Program-made: the position numbers and the translations under genes
Shown: positions 29,782 to 39,748 of the stretch, piece after piece
Layout: each line of letters starts with the position of its first letter
Numbering within the stretch: the first letter of the stretch is position 1
The notes under the pieces: generated by a model
What the model was told of the DNA's origin: nothing
Database searches by the model: none
Seen by the model: only the letters and a program-made list of their open reading frames with translations
Assembly: GCA_965198225.1 (NCBI GenBank)
Contig: CBDAOY010000006.1
Coordinates: forward strand, 224,001-288,000
Source of the DNA: Terriglobia bacterium
Lineage (GTDB): Bacteria > Acidobacteriota > Terriglobia > 20CM-2-55-15
DNA: 64,000 nt
Reading direction: 5' to 3'

Positions 29782-30639
29782 TTGGTCTGGAATAAACTCA
29801 AGATAACGCTCGAGATGATTAAGTTCGAGCACACGATCTTCGCGCTTCCGTTCGCGTTGATCGCGGCCCTGCTCGCAGCCGGCGGCCTGCCCGGTGCCTG
29901 GCAGATCGTGTGGATTCTGGCCGCGATGGTCGGAGCCCGGAGCGCCGCGATGACTTTCAACCGGATTGTGGATTACCGCTTTGACCGGGACAACCCGCGG
30001 ACAAGCGGCCGCGCGCTTCCGACCGGCTCGCTCTCGATGGGTTTCGCCGTCGCGTTCACGGTGGCGATGTCGGTTCTTTTCATCGCCTCGGCTGCGCTGC
30101 TGAATCCCCTCTGCTTCTACCTTTCCTTTCCGACTCTGGCCATACTGCTGTCTTACTCCTATACGAAGCGCTTCACCTCGTTGAGCCACATTGCGCTCGG
30201 ATTCGCCATCGGTCTGGCGCCGCTGGGCGCGTGGCTGGCGGTAAGCGGCAGTTTTGCTCTGCCCCCGGTCTTGCTGGGGTTCGCGGTGACGCTCTGGATT
30301 GCGGGGTTCGACATCATCTACGCCTGCCAGGACTCGGATTTCGATCGACGGGCCAACCTCTTCTCCATCCCGTCGCGGTGGGGTATCGGGCCGGCGCTTC
30401 GGATCTCAACCGCCCTGCATGTGGGCACCGTTTTTCTGTTGGTCCTGATCGCTCGAGAGAGCAATCTTGGGCCGATTGCGTACGGAGGCATCGCGATCGT
30501 TGCAGGGATACTCTACTGGGAACACCGTATCGTACGCCCGGACGACCTGAGCCGCGTGAATGTCGCATTCTTCAACCTGAACGGTTACGTCAGCCTTTTG
30601 CTTCTGGCCGCGTTCGCAACCGACATCCTTGCGATGTAG
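29782..30639 (+). CDS. UbiA-family prenyltransferase (MqnP-like)
   Basis: IKFEHTIFALPFA, ARSAAM.FNRIVD...D..NPRT..R, YSYTKRF, GFDIIYACQD. Confidence 0.9.
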   Translation: MVWNKLKITLEMIKFEHTIFALPFALIAALLAAGGLPGAWQIVWILAAMVGARSAAMTFNRIVDYRFDRDNPRTSGRALPTGSLSMGFAVAFTVAMSVLFIASAALLNPLCFYLSFPTLAILLSYSYTKRFTSLSHIALGFAIGLAPLGAWLAVSGSFALPPVLLGFAVTLWIAGFDIIYACQDSDFDRRANLFSIPSRWGIGPALRISTALHVGTVFLLVLIARESNLGPIAYGGIAIVAGILYWEHRIVRPDDLSRVNVAFFNLNGYVSLLLLAAFATDILAM

Positions 30640-30647
30640 GAGATTTG

Positions 30648-31889
30648 ATGAAACGTTTCGCCCTCGTCTGGACCCTGCTGGCCACCCTCGCGGCCACAGC
30701 CCTGGAACGCGAGCCGCTCGAACAGTACAAGCAACGAAGGCAAAAACTGGCGTCGCAGGTGGACGGTGTCATCGTCCTGTTTGCGGCACCGGCCGAGGAC
30801 CTGGTCCAGTACCAGCAGGAAGACAACTTCTACTACCTGACGGGGTTCGACGAGCCCGCGGCAATCCTGCTTCTCGACGGCACCGGTGACGGTCTCGAGG
30901 AGATTCTGTTCATCCCCCAGCGTGACCTCGATGAAGAACGCTGGACCGGTGAGAAACTCGGTCCCGGTCCACGCGCCGTATCCGAGACCGGCGTGACGAG
31001 GGTCGAAGCGCTGGAAAGGTTTGCCTCGCGGTTTGAACGCACGCTGGAGAAGGGTCATACGGTCTACACGCTGACGGATCAGGAAGACAATGTCTCGAGA
31101 CTGCGTGAGGTCGCTCCAGACGCCGACATCGAGAACCTCGCCCCGACGCTGGCTCTCGACCGCCAGGTCAAGACGGCGTCCGAGCTGGTGATCCTCACGA
31201 AGGCTATCGACATCACGATGAAGGCCCAAGCGGCCGCGGCCGGTGTCATCGCTCCGGACGTGGGCGAGTATGAAGTCGAAGCGATGATCGAGTACGAATT
31301 CCGACGCAACGGCGCCGAACGGCCCGGCTTCCCCTCGATCGTCGGCTCCGGCCCGAATGCGACGATCCTGCACTACGATCGCAACACCCGAAAAATGGCG
31401 GCGGGCGACCTCGTTGTCGCCGATGTCGGCGCCGAGTACGGAGGCTACACCGCGGACATCACGCGGACCTATCCGGTCAGTGGCAAGTTTAGCCAACGAC
31501 AGAGGGAGATCTACCAGATCGTCCTGGACGCCCAGAAAGCGGCACTGGAACGGGTCAAGCCTGGAGCGACAATCGGAGGACGCGGGTCGAGGAGTATCCA
31601 TGCAGCGGCTCGGGAACACATCCAGTCGAAGGGCTACGGAGACTACTTTATCCACGGAACGAGCCACCACATCGGTCTCGAAGTTCATGATGTGGGACCC
31701 GTCGGTCGTCCGCTCGAGGCCAACATGGTCATCACGGTCGAACCCGGGATTTACATCCCGGATGAGAACATCGGGGTCCGCATCGAAGACGACGTCCTGG
31801 TGACGAAAACGGGATATCGGATACTGTCGGACTTTCCCCGGGAAATCGATGAGATCGAGGCGCTGATGGCGCGGCAGCGAAACCAGTAG
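30648..31889 (+). CDS. Xaa-Pro aminopeptidase (M24B) with signal peptide
   Basis: FYYLTG, ILHY, DVGAEY.GY.ADITRT, HGTSHHIGLEVHD, TVEPGIY, GVRIEDD. Confidence 0.92.
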   Translation: MKRFALVWTLLATLAATALEREPLEQYKQRRQKLASQVDGVIVLFAAPAEDLVQYQQEDNFYYLTGFDEPAAILLLDGTGDGLEEILFIPQRDLDEERWTGEKLGPGPRAVSETGVTRVEALERFASRFERTLEKGHTVYTLTDQEDNVSRLREVAPDADIENLAPTLALDRQVKTASELVILTKAIDITMKAQAAAAGVIAPDVGEYEVEAMIEYEFRRNGAERPGFPSIVGSGPNATILHYDRNTRKMAAGDLVVADVGAEYGGYTADITRTYPVSGKFSQRQREIYQIVLDAQKAALERVKPGATIGGRGSRSIHAAAREHIQSKGYGDYFIHGTSHHIGLEVHDVGPVGRPLEANMVITVEPGIYIPDENIGVRIEDDVLVTKTGYRILSDFPREIDEIEALMARQRNQ

Positions 31890-31908
31890 AATGTCGAAAG
31901 AAGATCTC

Positions 31909-31967
31909 AACCACGGAGACACGGAGGCGCGGAACGAGAAAACTCGAAGACTCCGTGCCTCTGAGGT
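31909..31967. repeat. Short nonamer-type foldback
   Basis: aaccacggagacacggaggc ... ctccgtgcctctgagg. Confidence 0.5.
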
Positions 31968-32009
31968 CTAAGGACAGGCCACTAGTATCAACACGGAAGG
32001 CGTTCACAC

Positions 32010-32573
32010 ATGATTCAGGCGACACAGTTGCGGCGCGGCAACATCATCCTCCACAAGGACGAATTGTTCCGGGTCGTCGAGTTCCACCACCTGACCCCGG
32101 GCAACAAGCGGGGGATGATGCAGACCAAGCTGAAGAACCTCCGGTCCGGAGCGACAATCGATCACAAGTTCCGGTCAGACGATTCGGTCGAGAAAGCGGT
32201 GCTGGACAAGAGAGAGATGGAGTATCTCTACAGCGAGGGGGATATCCACACGTTCATGGACACCGAGACCTACGAACAGCTCCATTTCAGCTCCGAAGCG
32301 CTCGGCGATGGCATGCAGTACCTGGTCGCGAACGCCCGGATCGAAGTGGAGTTCTACGACACCAGCCCCGTGGGGATCGAACTCCCCGCGACCGTCGATC
32401 TCGAAGTTGTCGAGACCGAACCGGGATTGAAGACCGCCACGGTCAGCAATGTGCTCAAACCGGCGAAGACAGAAACCGGACTCGTTGTCGGGGTTCCCCA
32501 TTTCATCCAGGAAGGCGAGATGATCCGCGTGGATACGAGCGAAGGGAAGTACGTCGAGCGGGCGCGCGGATAG
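32010..32573 (+). CDS. efp: Elongation factor P
   Basis: TPGNKRG loop, KLKNLRSG, YLY.EG....FMDTETYEQ, KPAKTETGLVV.VP.FI..GE.IRVDT. Confidence 0.95.
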   Translation: MIQATQLRRGNIILHKDELFRVVEFHHLTPGNKRGMMQTKLKNLRSGATIDHKFRSDDSVEKAVLDKREMEYLYSEGDIHTFMDTETYEQLHFSSEALGDGMQYLVANARIEVEFYDTSPVGIELPATVDLEVVETEPGLKTATVSNVLKPAKTETGLVVGVPHFIQEGEMIRVDTSEGKYVERARG

Positions 32574-32589
32574 CTTCTTCAGACTTCGG

Positions 32590-32691
32590 AAAGCCACGGA
32601 TTACACAGATTGCACGGATAGGAAGAAGCCTGTGGTCTCCTGTCCGAAAGACCCACTCCTAATCCGCTAAATCCGTGTAATCCGTGGCTTT
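32590..32691. repeat. Nonamer foldback between convergent efp and nrfA
   Basis: aagccacggattacacagatt ... aatccgtgtaatccgtggctt. Confidence 0.75.
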
Positions 32692-32704
32692 TCTCCCTGC
32701 TTCC

Positions 32705-34087
32705 CTAGTCCCTCAAGGCCACCTGTCCTCGTCGAGCGAAATCGATCGATTCCAGAAGGATTCGGGTCGCTTCCTGTGGAGCGTGGAACCCGGTGGAGTT
32801 TTCCGCTTCGACAAAGTCCAGGTAGAACTGTGACCGCCGCTGGAAGCCCCGCGCCGCGGACAATTGCTCTTCGGAAGCGCCGTCGACGACGGCTCCGCGA
32901 ATGTCTGCAATCAAGTCCACAAGCGCATCCATCGCCAGGTCGCGGGAACTGAAAAGGCTCGTCTGGATGGTCTCCACTCGTGCGCGAAGCTCGTCCTCGG
33001 GCCATTTGTGACAGATCTGGCACGCACGACTGATGTTCAGGACGGGGCTTTGGAGGTGATGGTCGCTGATCTTCATGGCGCCCTCCCTGGTGTAGGGCAT
33101 GTGGCAGTCCGCGCACGTCACCCCGGAGCGGGCATGAATCCCCTGGTTCCACATCTCGAATTCGGGATGCTGGGCTTTGAGGACCCCGGCGCCGGACTCG
33201 GCATGTGACCAGTCGACGAAATCGGCTTCGTCGTAATAAGCGAGGATGTTCTCCACCCGAAGCCCGTTTGCCCAGGGATAGACCAGGCGCTTCTCGGCCC
33301 CCCGGAAGTGATACTCCACGTGACACTGACCACAGACGAAACTGCGCATCTCCTGTCGGGTTGCATCGGCGTTGACCGAGTAGTCGGGCATGTCCTCCCG
33401 CGCCTTCAGGGCCCGAATGCCCTCGATGAATGCCGGCCGCGTCACACGAAGCTGCATCGTTTCGGGATCGTGGCAATCGATGCAGCCGACGGGGTGCGAC
33501 ACCTGTTCGCGTGCCTCCGGGTAAGTCATCTGGTTCAGCCGCTCGAACCCCACGGTCATGTCCCCTTCACCAAGCCGACGGTAGGCAGCGTACGTGGATG
33601 CGTGGCAATGGATGCAGGTGCCGGGTTGCGGGGCTGCCTGCTGTCTCTGGGTGAAGGTCTGGTCGTCGAGCATGAACGCGTGTCCACGCTCTTCACGGAA
33701 ATCGACCGCGAACGAATAGCCTGCCCACATCGTTCGCAGACGCGGGTCTTCGTCGAGCTTCGACTGGGCCACGAGGGAACGCGGGTCCGCGTCGGTGGGT
33801 CTCCGAGGCATCGCTTCGCTGCCGCCGTAACGGGTTCGAACCTGGTCGACGCTCCGGAGATACGCATCATACTGCAGTGGAAAATTCTTACCCCAGGCAG
33901 CCGGATCTTCGGTTTCATCGGTCAATTCGACGACGCGAAAGAAGGGATTACGCGCTTCCTGACGCCGTTCGAAGATGTTCAACAGCAGGGCCACGCCGGC
34001 CACGGCCGCGATCACACTCACCAGGGAGGCAAGCAGTACCAGGCGAAGCGGATAGCCTGAAGCACCTGATCGATTCTGATCCGACAT
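32705..34087 (-). CDS. nrfA: Cytochrome c nitrite reductase catalytic subunit (CxxCH variant)
   Basis: Five heme motifs CIHCH, CIDCH, CGQCH, CADCH, CQICH; CGQCHVEY, KAQHPEFE, AENSTGFHAP. Confidence 0.93.
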   Translation of the reverse strand: MSDQNRSGASGYPLRLVLLASLVSVIAAVAGVALLLNIFERRQEARNPFFRVVELTDETEDPAAWGKNFPLQYDAYLRSVDQVRTRYGGSEAMPRRPTDADPRSLVAQSKLDEDPRLRTMWAGYSFAVDFREERGHAFMLDDQTFTQRQQAAPQPGTCIHCHASTYAAYRRLGEGDMTVGFERLNQMTYPEAREQVSHPVGCIDCHDPETMQLRVTRPAFIEGIRALKAREDMPDYSVNADATRQEMRSFVCGQCHVEYHFRGAEKRLVYPWANGLRVENILAYYDEADFVDWSHAESGAGVLKAQHPEFEMWNQGIHARSGVTCADCHMPYTREGAMKISDHHLQSPVLNISRACQICHKWPEDELRARVETIQTSLFSSRDLAMDALVDLIADIRGAVVDGASEEQLSAARGFQRRSQFYLDFVEAENSTGFHAPQEATRILLESIDFARRGQVALRD

Positions 34088-34098
34088 GTTCGGCCTCT

Positions 34099-34551
34099 CT
34101 ATCGAAAGTGTCCGACGGAACCGTGGCATCGGACGCAGGACACGGATTCGCTCTGAGGGTGCGCCGCCCCGATGGATTCGACCATATCGGCGTGACACTT
34201 GGCGCAGGATCCTTCGGCGACCTCCCGGTTGTGCGATTTGATTTGGATCGGGTCGGGAAAGCGACCGGACGTGAACGCGAAAGAATGCCAGAACCCGTTT
34301 GAAACCTTCGTCGCGTACTTGGCGAAGAAGCCGGAGGGCGTATGGCAATCGTTGCATGTCGCCGCCGCTCGGTGGCTCGATTTCATCCATCCGTCATGCT
34401 GGGAGCGCATGACGTGACAGTTCGCGCACGCGGCTGGATCGTCTGTCAGGTATGCGTACCCCTCGGCGTAGACAAACGTAAAACCGGAGATCCCGGCCGC
34501 CAGCCCCGCGGATATTCCCAGAAAAACCGTGGTCCAGGTAGCCGTCCTCAC
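34099..34551 (-). CDS. nrfH: Cytochrome c nitrite reductase small subunit (tetraheme)
   Basis: N-terminal TM; CANCHVM, CNDCH, CAKCH, CVRCH; directly upstream of nrfA. Confidence 0.93.
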   Translation of the reverse strand: MRTATWTTVFLGISAGLAAGISGFTFVYAEGYAYLTDDPAACANCHVMRSQHDGWMKSSHRAAATCNDCHTPSGFFAKYATKVSNGFWHSFAFTSGRFPDPIQIKSHNREVAEGSCAKCHADMVESIGAAHPQSESVSCVRCHGSVGHFR

Positions 34552-34699
34552 GTTCTGTCTCCCACGCTTCCCTTATCGCAGCACCGAGGGCGGTGCTTTC
34601 TCACGTGAACAGGTGTCGCGTTTGCCGTCAAAACCTTTCGTGTAATGGTGCGGACGCATTATGCAAAGAACCTATGGAGGATCAGCCTGGGCGCAATTC

Positions 34700-35644
34700 T
34701 CAGTGAACGGCGATCGGCGCAACCGTCGAGCCGGTACCGCCCTGGATTTTCAGCGGTTGCACAATCAGGGCGAACTCGTATACCTGTTTCGCTGCGAGTT
34801 CATCCAGCTTCATTCTCTCAAGCAGATGGATGCCGTTGATCGCGAGCATGATCTGGTGCACCGGTAGTGAGAGATCGGGATCCGGGTTGGGTGAGATCTC
34901 CACCGGCGTGTTATCGGATCCGATCAGCATTGGATCCTGGCCCACCAGCCATTCGGCTGCGGCGATCCCGATTCCCGGTCCGCCGCTCGAAAAGCGGCTG
35001 CTGTCCTGATACCAGAGTGTGCCCCATCCGGTGTGGATGATGACGGCATCGCCAGCCTGCAGCGACAGAGCCTGCCTCGCCAGCGCCTGCTCGAGATCCT
35101 CGACCGTGATCTCGTAAGTCGGTTCCAAGATGTCTACGCCTTTCAGAGCGGCCACGTCGATCAAGACACCCCGGGTCATCAACGCGCCCACATTCTCGAC
35201 GCCCAATCGCGTGAACCCGGTCCGGGTTAGTATCTCGTCGCGCCTGAAACAGTTGTACATGCTGTCACCGATGGTCTGGTGGCTGAAGGCGTCGAACTGG
35301 GTGCCCACCTGACCGATCTCCGACACGACGAGTTCCTCGTTGGAACCGCGCTGGTTCGACTGCGATCCGATCCTGGTGGGCTTGGTGTACAAGTCAAAAT
35401 GACGGCCGCCAAGCGGCATCGCCCCTGACAGGACGTGTCCGAGCTCGATCACCTCACCCTCGCGGATCAACCGCGTCGCGCGAAGGACAGTCTCGGCCCC
35501 CATGTGGTTCCCTGCGCCGCGCTCGTCGCCTTGGCCCCACTTCGACGGACACCGCTCTTCTTCACCGGGTGGAGTCCAGGATTGGGCGTTGAGGTTCTGC
35601 ATACTGAGCACGGCTACGAATATGATGGTCGCCGTAAATCTCAC
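34700..35644 (-). CDS. Cyclase (kynurenine formamidase-like) family protein, secreted
   Basis: GTQFDAFSH, TRGVLIDVA, IHTGW, GPGIG, GSTVAPIA; GGAGGG SD + GTG start. Confidence 0.85.
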   Translation of the reverse strand: MRFTATIIFVAVLSMQNLNAQSWTPPGEEERCPSKWGQGDERGAGNHMGAETVLRATRLIREGEVIELGHVLSGAMPLGGRHFDLYTKPTRIGSQSNQRGSNEELVVSEIGQVGTQFDAFSHQTIGDSMYNCFRRDEILTRTGFTRLGVENVGALMTRGVLIDVAALKGVDILEPTYEITVEDLEQALARQALSLQAGDAVIIHTGWGTLWYQDSSRFSSGGPGIGIAAAEWLVGQDPMLIGSDNTPVEISPNPDPDLSLPVHQIMLAINGIHLLERMKLDELAAKQVYEFALIVQPLKIQGGTGSTVAPIAVH

Positions 35645-35702
35645 CTTCCCTCCTTCTTGGCTTTTAAAAAAAGCTAAAGCGACGTTCTTCGAGGGACCGG
35701 CG

Positions 35703-37103
35703 TCAGCCGGAGACAACCCCACGCAAGACGGCCAGTAGTTCGTTCTCCTCCTCCGGCTGAACGGTGCGCAGGTCAAGCAACACGCTTTCATCTTCAACAC
35801 GGACGAGCACCGGCGGGGTCGCGTCGCGGAAACGCTTCTCGAGGTCCACCTCGGAGACACCGCCGGCCTTGACGGCGACGCCCCATGAGGGCAATTCGGC
35901 TCCGGGAGCGGATCCTCCACCGACGACGGAAATCATCGATACCACACCTGCGGCGCCATCCGAGCGCGCCGCAAACGTCTCGGCGCGCGCCTTGAGTTCC
36001 GATTCATCGAGCGTGAGCATGCGCGAAACCGGGACCTCGGCGGGACAGCCCCGCAGGTACGATCCCAGCACGACCTCCAGCACTGAAAGCGTCAGCTTGT
36101 CGACGCGCAACGCTCGGAACAACTGGTTCTTCCGGACGCGCTCGATCAGTTCCCTGCGACCGGCGATGATGCCGGCCTGCGGGCCACCGAGAAGCTTGTC
36201 TCCACTGAAGCAGACGATGTCGACTCCGGCACGGATACTTTCAGTCGCGAGCGGTTCATCGCGAACGCCCGAGCGAGTCAGATCCACGAGACATCCGCTG
36301 CCGAGGTCTTCAAACGTCGGAACTCCCGAACTTCGTCCCAGCGCCACGAACTCCTCCAGCGTGGGCTTCTCGGTAAAGCCGACGATATGAAAGTTGCTGG
36401 GGTGCACGCGGAGCATCAGGCGCGTGTCCGGTCCGATTGCCGCCTCGTAGTCCGCAATCCGCGTCCGGTTCGTCGTCCCGACCTCCCGCAGGCGGGCGCC
36501 GCTCTTGACCATCACTTCGGGGATGCGGAACGAACCGCCGATCTCGATCTGCTCGCCGCGGGAAGCGACAACCTCTCCTCCCTCGGAGCCGAGGACCAGG
36601 GCCTCTCCACCTTCGGCGAGCGTGTTCAGCACGAGCAGAACAGCCGCTGCGTTGTTGTTGACGACGATCGCGGCTTCCGAACCGAGAAGCTCGTCGATCA
36701 ACCGCGCCACGTGCACGTCACGACGCCCACGGGCTCCTTTCTCGAGGTCAAATTCCAGGTTCGAGTACCCGGTTGATACGTCCCTCAGGTGATCGATTGC
36801 AGCTTCCGGCAGAGGGGCACGGCCCAGGTTGGTGTGGACGACAACACCGGAGGCGTTGATGACTCGCCGGAGCGAATGCGACAGAAACGCGTCGATCCGC
36901 CGGCGCAGCTCGACGGCGATCTGACCTGTGAGTTCCTCGCGCTCGACTATCTCCGTGCCGGCCTTGAGACGCCGCCGGGTCTGGGCCAACACGTCATCGA
37001 GCAGGCTGGAAACGAATGGCTGAGACAGCACGGAGCCAAGGTCGGACAACTCCCGCTGCATCAAGATGTCGTTGACGGGAGGAATCTTCTTCAGCGCCTC
37101 CAT
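35703..37103 (-). CDS. selA: L-seryl-tRNA(Sec) selenium transferase
   Basis: VINASGVVVHTNLGRAP, VNNNAAAV, EIGGSFRIP, EVGTTNRT, FSGDKLLGGPQAG. Confidence 0.96.
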   Translation of the reverse strand: MEALKKIPPVNDILMQRELSDLGSVLSQPFVSSLLDDVLAQTRRRLKAGTEIVEREELTGQIAVELRRRIDAFLSHSLRRVINASGVVVHTNLGRAPLPEAAIDHLRDVSTGYSNLEFDLEKGARGRRDVHVARLIDELLGSEAAIVVNNNAAAVLLVLNTLAEGGEALVLGSEGGEVVASRGEQIEIGGSFRIPEVMVKSGARLREVGTTNRTRIADYEAAIGPDTRLMLRVHPSNFHIVGFTEKPTLEEFVALGRSSGVPTFEDLGSGCLVDLTRSGVRDEPLATESIRAGVDIVCFSGDKLLGGPQAGIIAGRRELIERVRKNQLFRALRVDKLTLSVLEVVLGSYLRGCPAEVPVSRMLTLDESELKARAETFAARSDGAAGVVSMISVVGGGSAPGAELPSWGVAVKAGGVSEVDLEKRFRDATPPVLVRVEDESVLLDLRTVQPEEENELLAVLRGVVSG

Positions 37104-37207
37104 GGCGCTATTTCAGCATAGGGGTCTCCCATTTACAATTCGGTTCGGAATTCTCGGCGGAGACCGAATTAGCTTGAAAACCGAGATCGGGGACGCGAAT
37201 CGGAATG

Positions 37208-37283
37208 CGGGGACGGAGACCGAATTCCCAGGATCCTGAAACCAACGGTTTAATTAGTATGGGTAATTCGGTCTCCGTCCCCG
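37208..37283. repeat. Long inverted repeat in selA upstream spacer
   Basis: cggggacggagaccgaatt ... aattcggtctccgtccccg; partial extra arm at ~37158. Confidence 0.7.
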
Positions 37284-37324
37284 AATTTGCCGGGTTAGAA
37301 TTGAGATGCGCCGCGCATCTCAAT

Positions 37325-37915
37325 ATGAAAAAGCGAATCGTGATTCTCTGCACGCTCTGGCTGGCACTGCCGGCGACTTCGGAAGGTTGGCCTTCATCCC
37401 ACTATCGGGAGATCTTCCTGAACGCTCACAGGGTATTGCCGCCGCCTCTTCGCCAGCTTCTCGTCGATATGGACGCCGTCTTCGAACAGCCCTGCGAACC
37501 GAAGGTCCTCGAGCAGTCGGTGGATCGCGCCATCGCGGAGTTCTCGAATCGCTACGGCAGTCTCCAGAGAGCTGGTGAAGCATTGAGAGACGCGGGTTGT
37601 GCCGCAGCGGCGATGAATGATCCACGAATGGATCGACTGGTTCAATCTCACGGCGGGAAGTTTCCCGTTGTTTTCTACGGCTATCATCCTTTCGTCCGCG
37701 ACGGGAACCTCGCCGGCTACCTCGCGATCAGACGCGAGGCGCAACAGCGGCTCGCAGGTCGCCTGGAGCGGTCGATCGAACTTCCGAGCCGGTCCGAGCA
37801 GGTCGAGCTGTCTCCGGAATTCGGTGTGGCATCGATCGCTTTCTCACACGCCGTGACCGACGTTGCCAATGTCTGGTTCTATGTCTGGACGAAGGTCAAC
37901 GGATCCGTCAATTAG
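37325..37915 (+). CDS. Secreted hypothetical protein, possibly degenerate phospholipase C/P1-nuclease-like helical fold
   Basis: Signal peptide followed by W, LPPPLRQLL, C-terminal SHAVTDVANVW; fold assignment is weak. Confidence 0.6.
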   Translation: MKKRIVILCTLWLALPATSEGWPSSHYREIFLNAHRVLPPPLRQLLVDMDAVFEQPCEPKVLEQSVDRAIAEFSNRYGSLQRAGEALRDAGCAAAAMNDPRMDRLVQSHGGKFPVVFYGYHPFVRDGNLAGYLAIRREAQQRLAGRLERSIELPSRSEQVELSPEFGVASIAFSHAVTDVANVWFYVWTKVNGSVN

Positions 37916-37917
37916 AC

Positions 37918-38004
37918 AGCGGTCAGCTATTAGCTTCCAGCTCTCAGCCAGGAACCAAACGCTGGGGGTCGTCGCTCAGAAGCTGAACGCTGAGGGCTGA
38001 CTGC
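37918..38004. repeat. Heptamer foldback (CAGCTAT-like ... GCTGA runs)
   Basis: agcggtcagctattagcttccagctctcagc ... agctgaacgctgagggctgactgc. Confidence 0.6.
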
Positions 38005-38052
38005 CAATCCAAAGAATTCAGAAATTCTCTGGATTGTCTAAGGAGTCAACAG

Positions 38053-39636
38053 TTGAACAGAATCGAGCGCGCTCTAATCAGCGTCTTCGACAAGCGCGGG
38101 GTGGTGGAGTTCGCGCGCGGCCTCATGGACTTGGGTGTCGAGATCCTCTCCACGGGCGGCACCGCCCGGCTTCTTGCCCGCGAAGCGATCGCCGTGCGGG
38201 AAGTGTCGGAGATGACAGGATTCCCCGAGATAATGGACGGGCGAGTCAAAACGCTGCATCCCCGAATCCACGCCGGGTTGCTAGCCGTTCGCGGCAACGC
38301 CGAGCACATGCAGGCCCTCGAGAGAAACTCCATTCAACCGATCGATCTGGTATGTGTCAACCTCTACCCTTTCGTCGAAACGACACTTAGGGAGGACGCA
38401 ACATTCGAAGAAATCATCGAGAACATCGACATCGGCGGACCCTCCATGATTCGCGCCGCCGCCAAGAACTTCCCTGATGTCGTTGTCGTGACCAGCCCGG
38501 ACGACTACGAGGAAGTTCTTGATGAACTGCGGCAGGGCGACGGCCGACTGTCTCGAACTCGCCTGTTCGCGCTCGCCCGGAAGGCCTTCGTCCATACCGG
38601 CCAGTACGATGGGCAGATCGCCCAGTTCCTGTCCGCCGTCCAGGCGGATGGAGAAACGTTGCAGTTGCCGTCGGGAGCGGGGTTTCCCGACCGACTGTTC
38701 CTGGACTTCGAGAGAGTTTCCGAGCTCCGCTACGGCGAAAACCCCCACCAGAAGGCCGCCTTCTACCAGTGGGGAGGCGGGCCGAGCCACGGTCTGGCGG
38801 CCGCCCGGCAGCTGCAGGGTAAGGAGCTCTCCTACAACAACCTGGTCGACCTGGAGGCTGCCTGGGGCCTCATCCACGAATTTGACGAACCCGCCTGCTG
38901 CATCATCAAACACACCAATCCGTGCGGTACCGCGATCGGGGACGATCTACGCGACGCATACCAGAAGGCCTACGACGCTGACCCGGTTTCGGCCTTCGGC
39001 TCCATCATCGCGGTCAACCGGGAACTGGACCCTGCGACGGCCGAGGAAATCTCCAAGATCTTCGTCGAGGCCATCATTGCGCCCGGGGTCGCAGCGGGTG
39101 CGCGCGAAGTGTTCTCGAAGAAGAAGAACCTCCGGCTGCTCGACGCATCGGCGTCCGGTTCGGCGAACGGCGTGAGAAGGTTGGAGATCAAAAGGGTGAC
39201 GGGCGGCATCCTTGTGCAGGAAGCCGACGAATCCGACGAACTGGACGGCTCCGCGACCCGGGTCGTGACGGCGCGCGAACCGAGCAGGGGCGAGTGGCGA
39301 GATCTGCGTTTCGCCTGGAAGGTCGCCGAGCACGTCAAGTCCAACGCGATCGTCCTGGCTCGAGGGGGAAGGACCACCGGGGTCGGAGCCGGACAGATGA
39401 GCCGGGTCGATTCGGTCAAGATCAGCGTGGAAAAAGCTCGACCGAGCACCAGCGGCACCGTGTTGGCATCGGATGCGTTTTTCCCGTTTCGGGACGGGAT
39501 CGACGAGGCGGCCAAGGCGGGGGTCACTGCAGTGATCCAACCAGGCGGATCGAAGCGGGACGATGAGGTTATCGCGGCCGCCGAAGAACACGGTATGGCG
39601 ATGGTATTCACCGGTACGAGACACTTCAAACACTGA
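38053..39636 (+). CDS. purH: Bifunctional AICAR transformylase/IMP cyclohydrolase
   Basis: ALISVFDK, GRVKTLHP, LRYGENPHQ, KHTNPCG, ASDAFFPF, TRHFKH. Confidence 0.98.
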   Translation: MNRIERALISVFDKRGVVEFARGLMDLGVEILSTGGTARLLAREAIAVREVSEMTGFPEIMDGRVKTLHPRIHAGLLAVRGNAEHMQALERNSIQPIDLVCVNLYPFVETTLREDATFEEIIENIDIGGPSMIRAAAKNFPDVVVVTSPDDYEEVLDELRQGDGRLSRTRLFALARKAFVHTGQYDGQIAQFLSAVQADGETLQLPSGAGFPDRLFLDFERVSELRYGENPHQKAAFYQWGGGPSHGLAAARQLQGKELSYNNLVDLEAAWGLIHEFDEPACCIIKHTNPCGTAIGDDLRDAYQKAYDADPVSAFGSIIAVNRELDPATAEEISKIFVEAIIAPGVAAGAREVFSKKKNLRLLDASASGSANGVRRLEIKRVTGGILVQEADESDELDGSATRVVTAREPSRGEWRDLRFAWKVAEHVKSNAIVLARGGRTTGVGAGQMSRVDSVKISVEKARPSTSGTVLASDAFFPFRDGIDEAAKAGVTAVIQPGGSKRDDEVIAAAEEHGMAMVFTGTRHFKH

Positions 39637-39748
39637 ATCTCACCCGGCTCCGTCTAAAAAAAAGCGGCCATTCGGAATCTACTCATGAACAATGGGCGAA
39701 TTCGACTTATAATGAACAAAACTCATAGCTTGTCTTAGTGGATCGATT

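Noticed and set aside
32705-37915. Selenoprotein (in-frame TGA readthrough) near selA
   Set aside because: Neighbouring genes appear full length with no internal TGA; selB and selC are not in the window.
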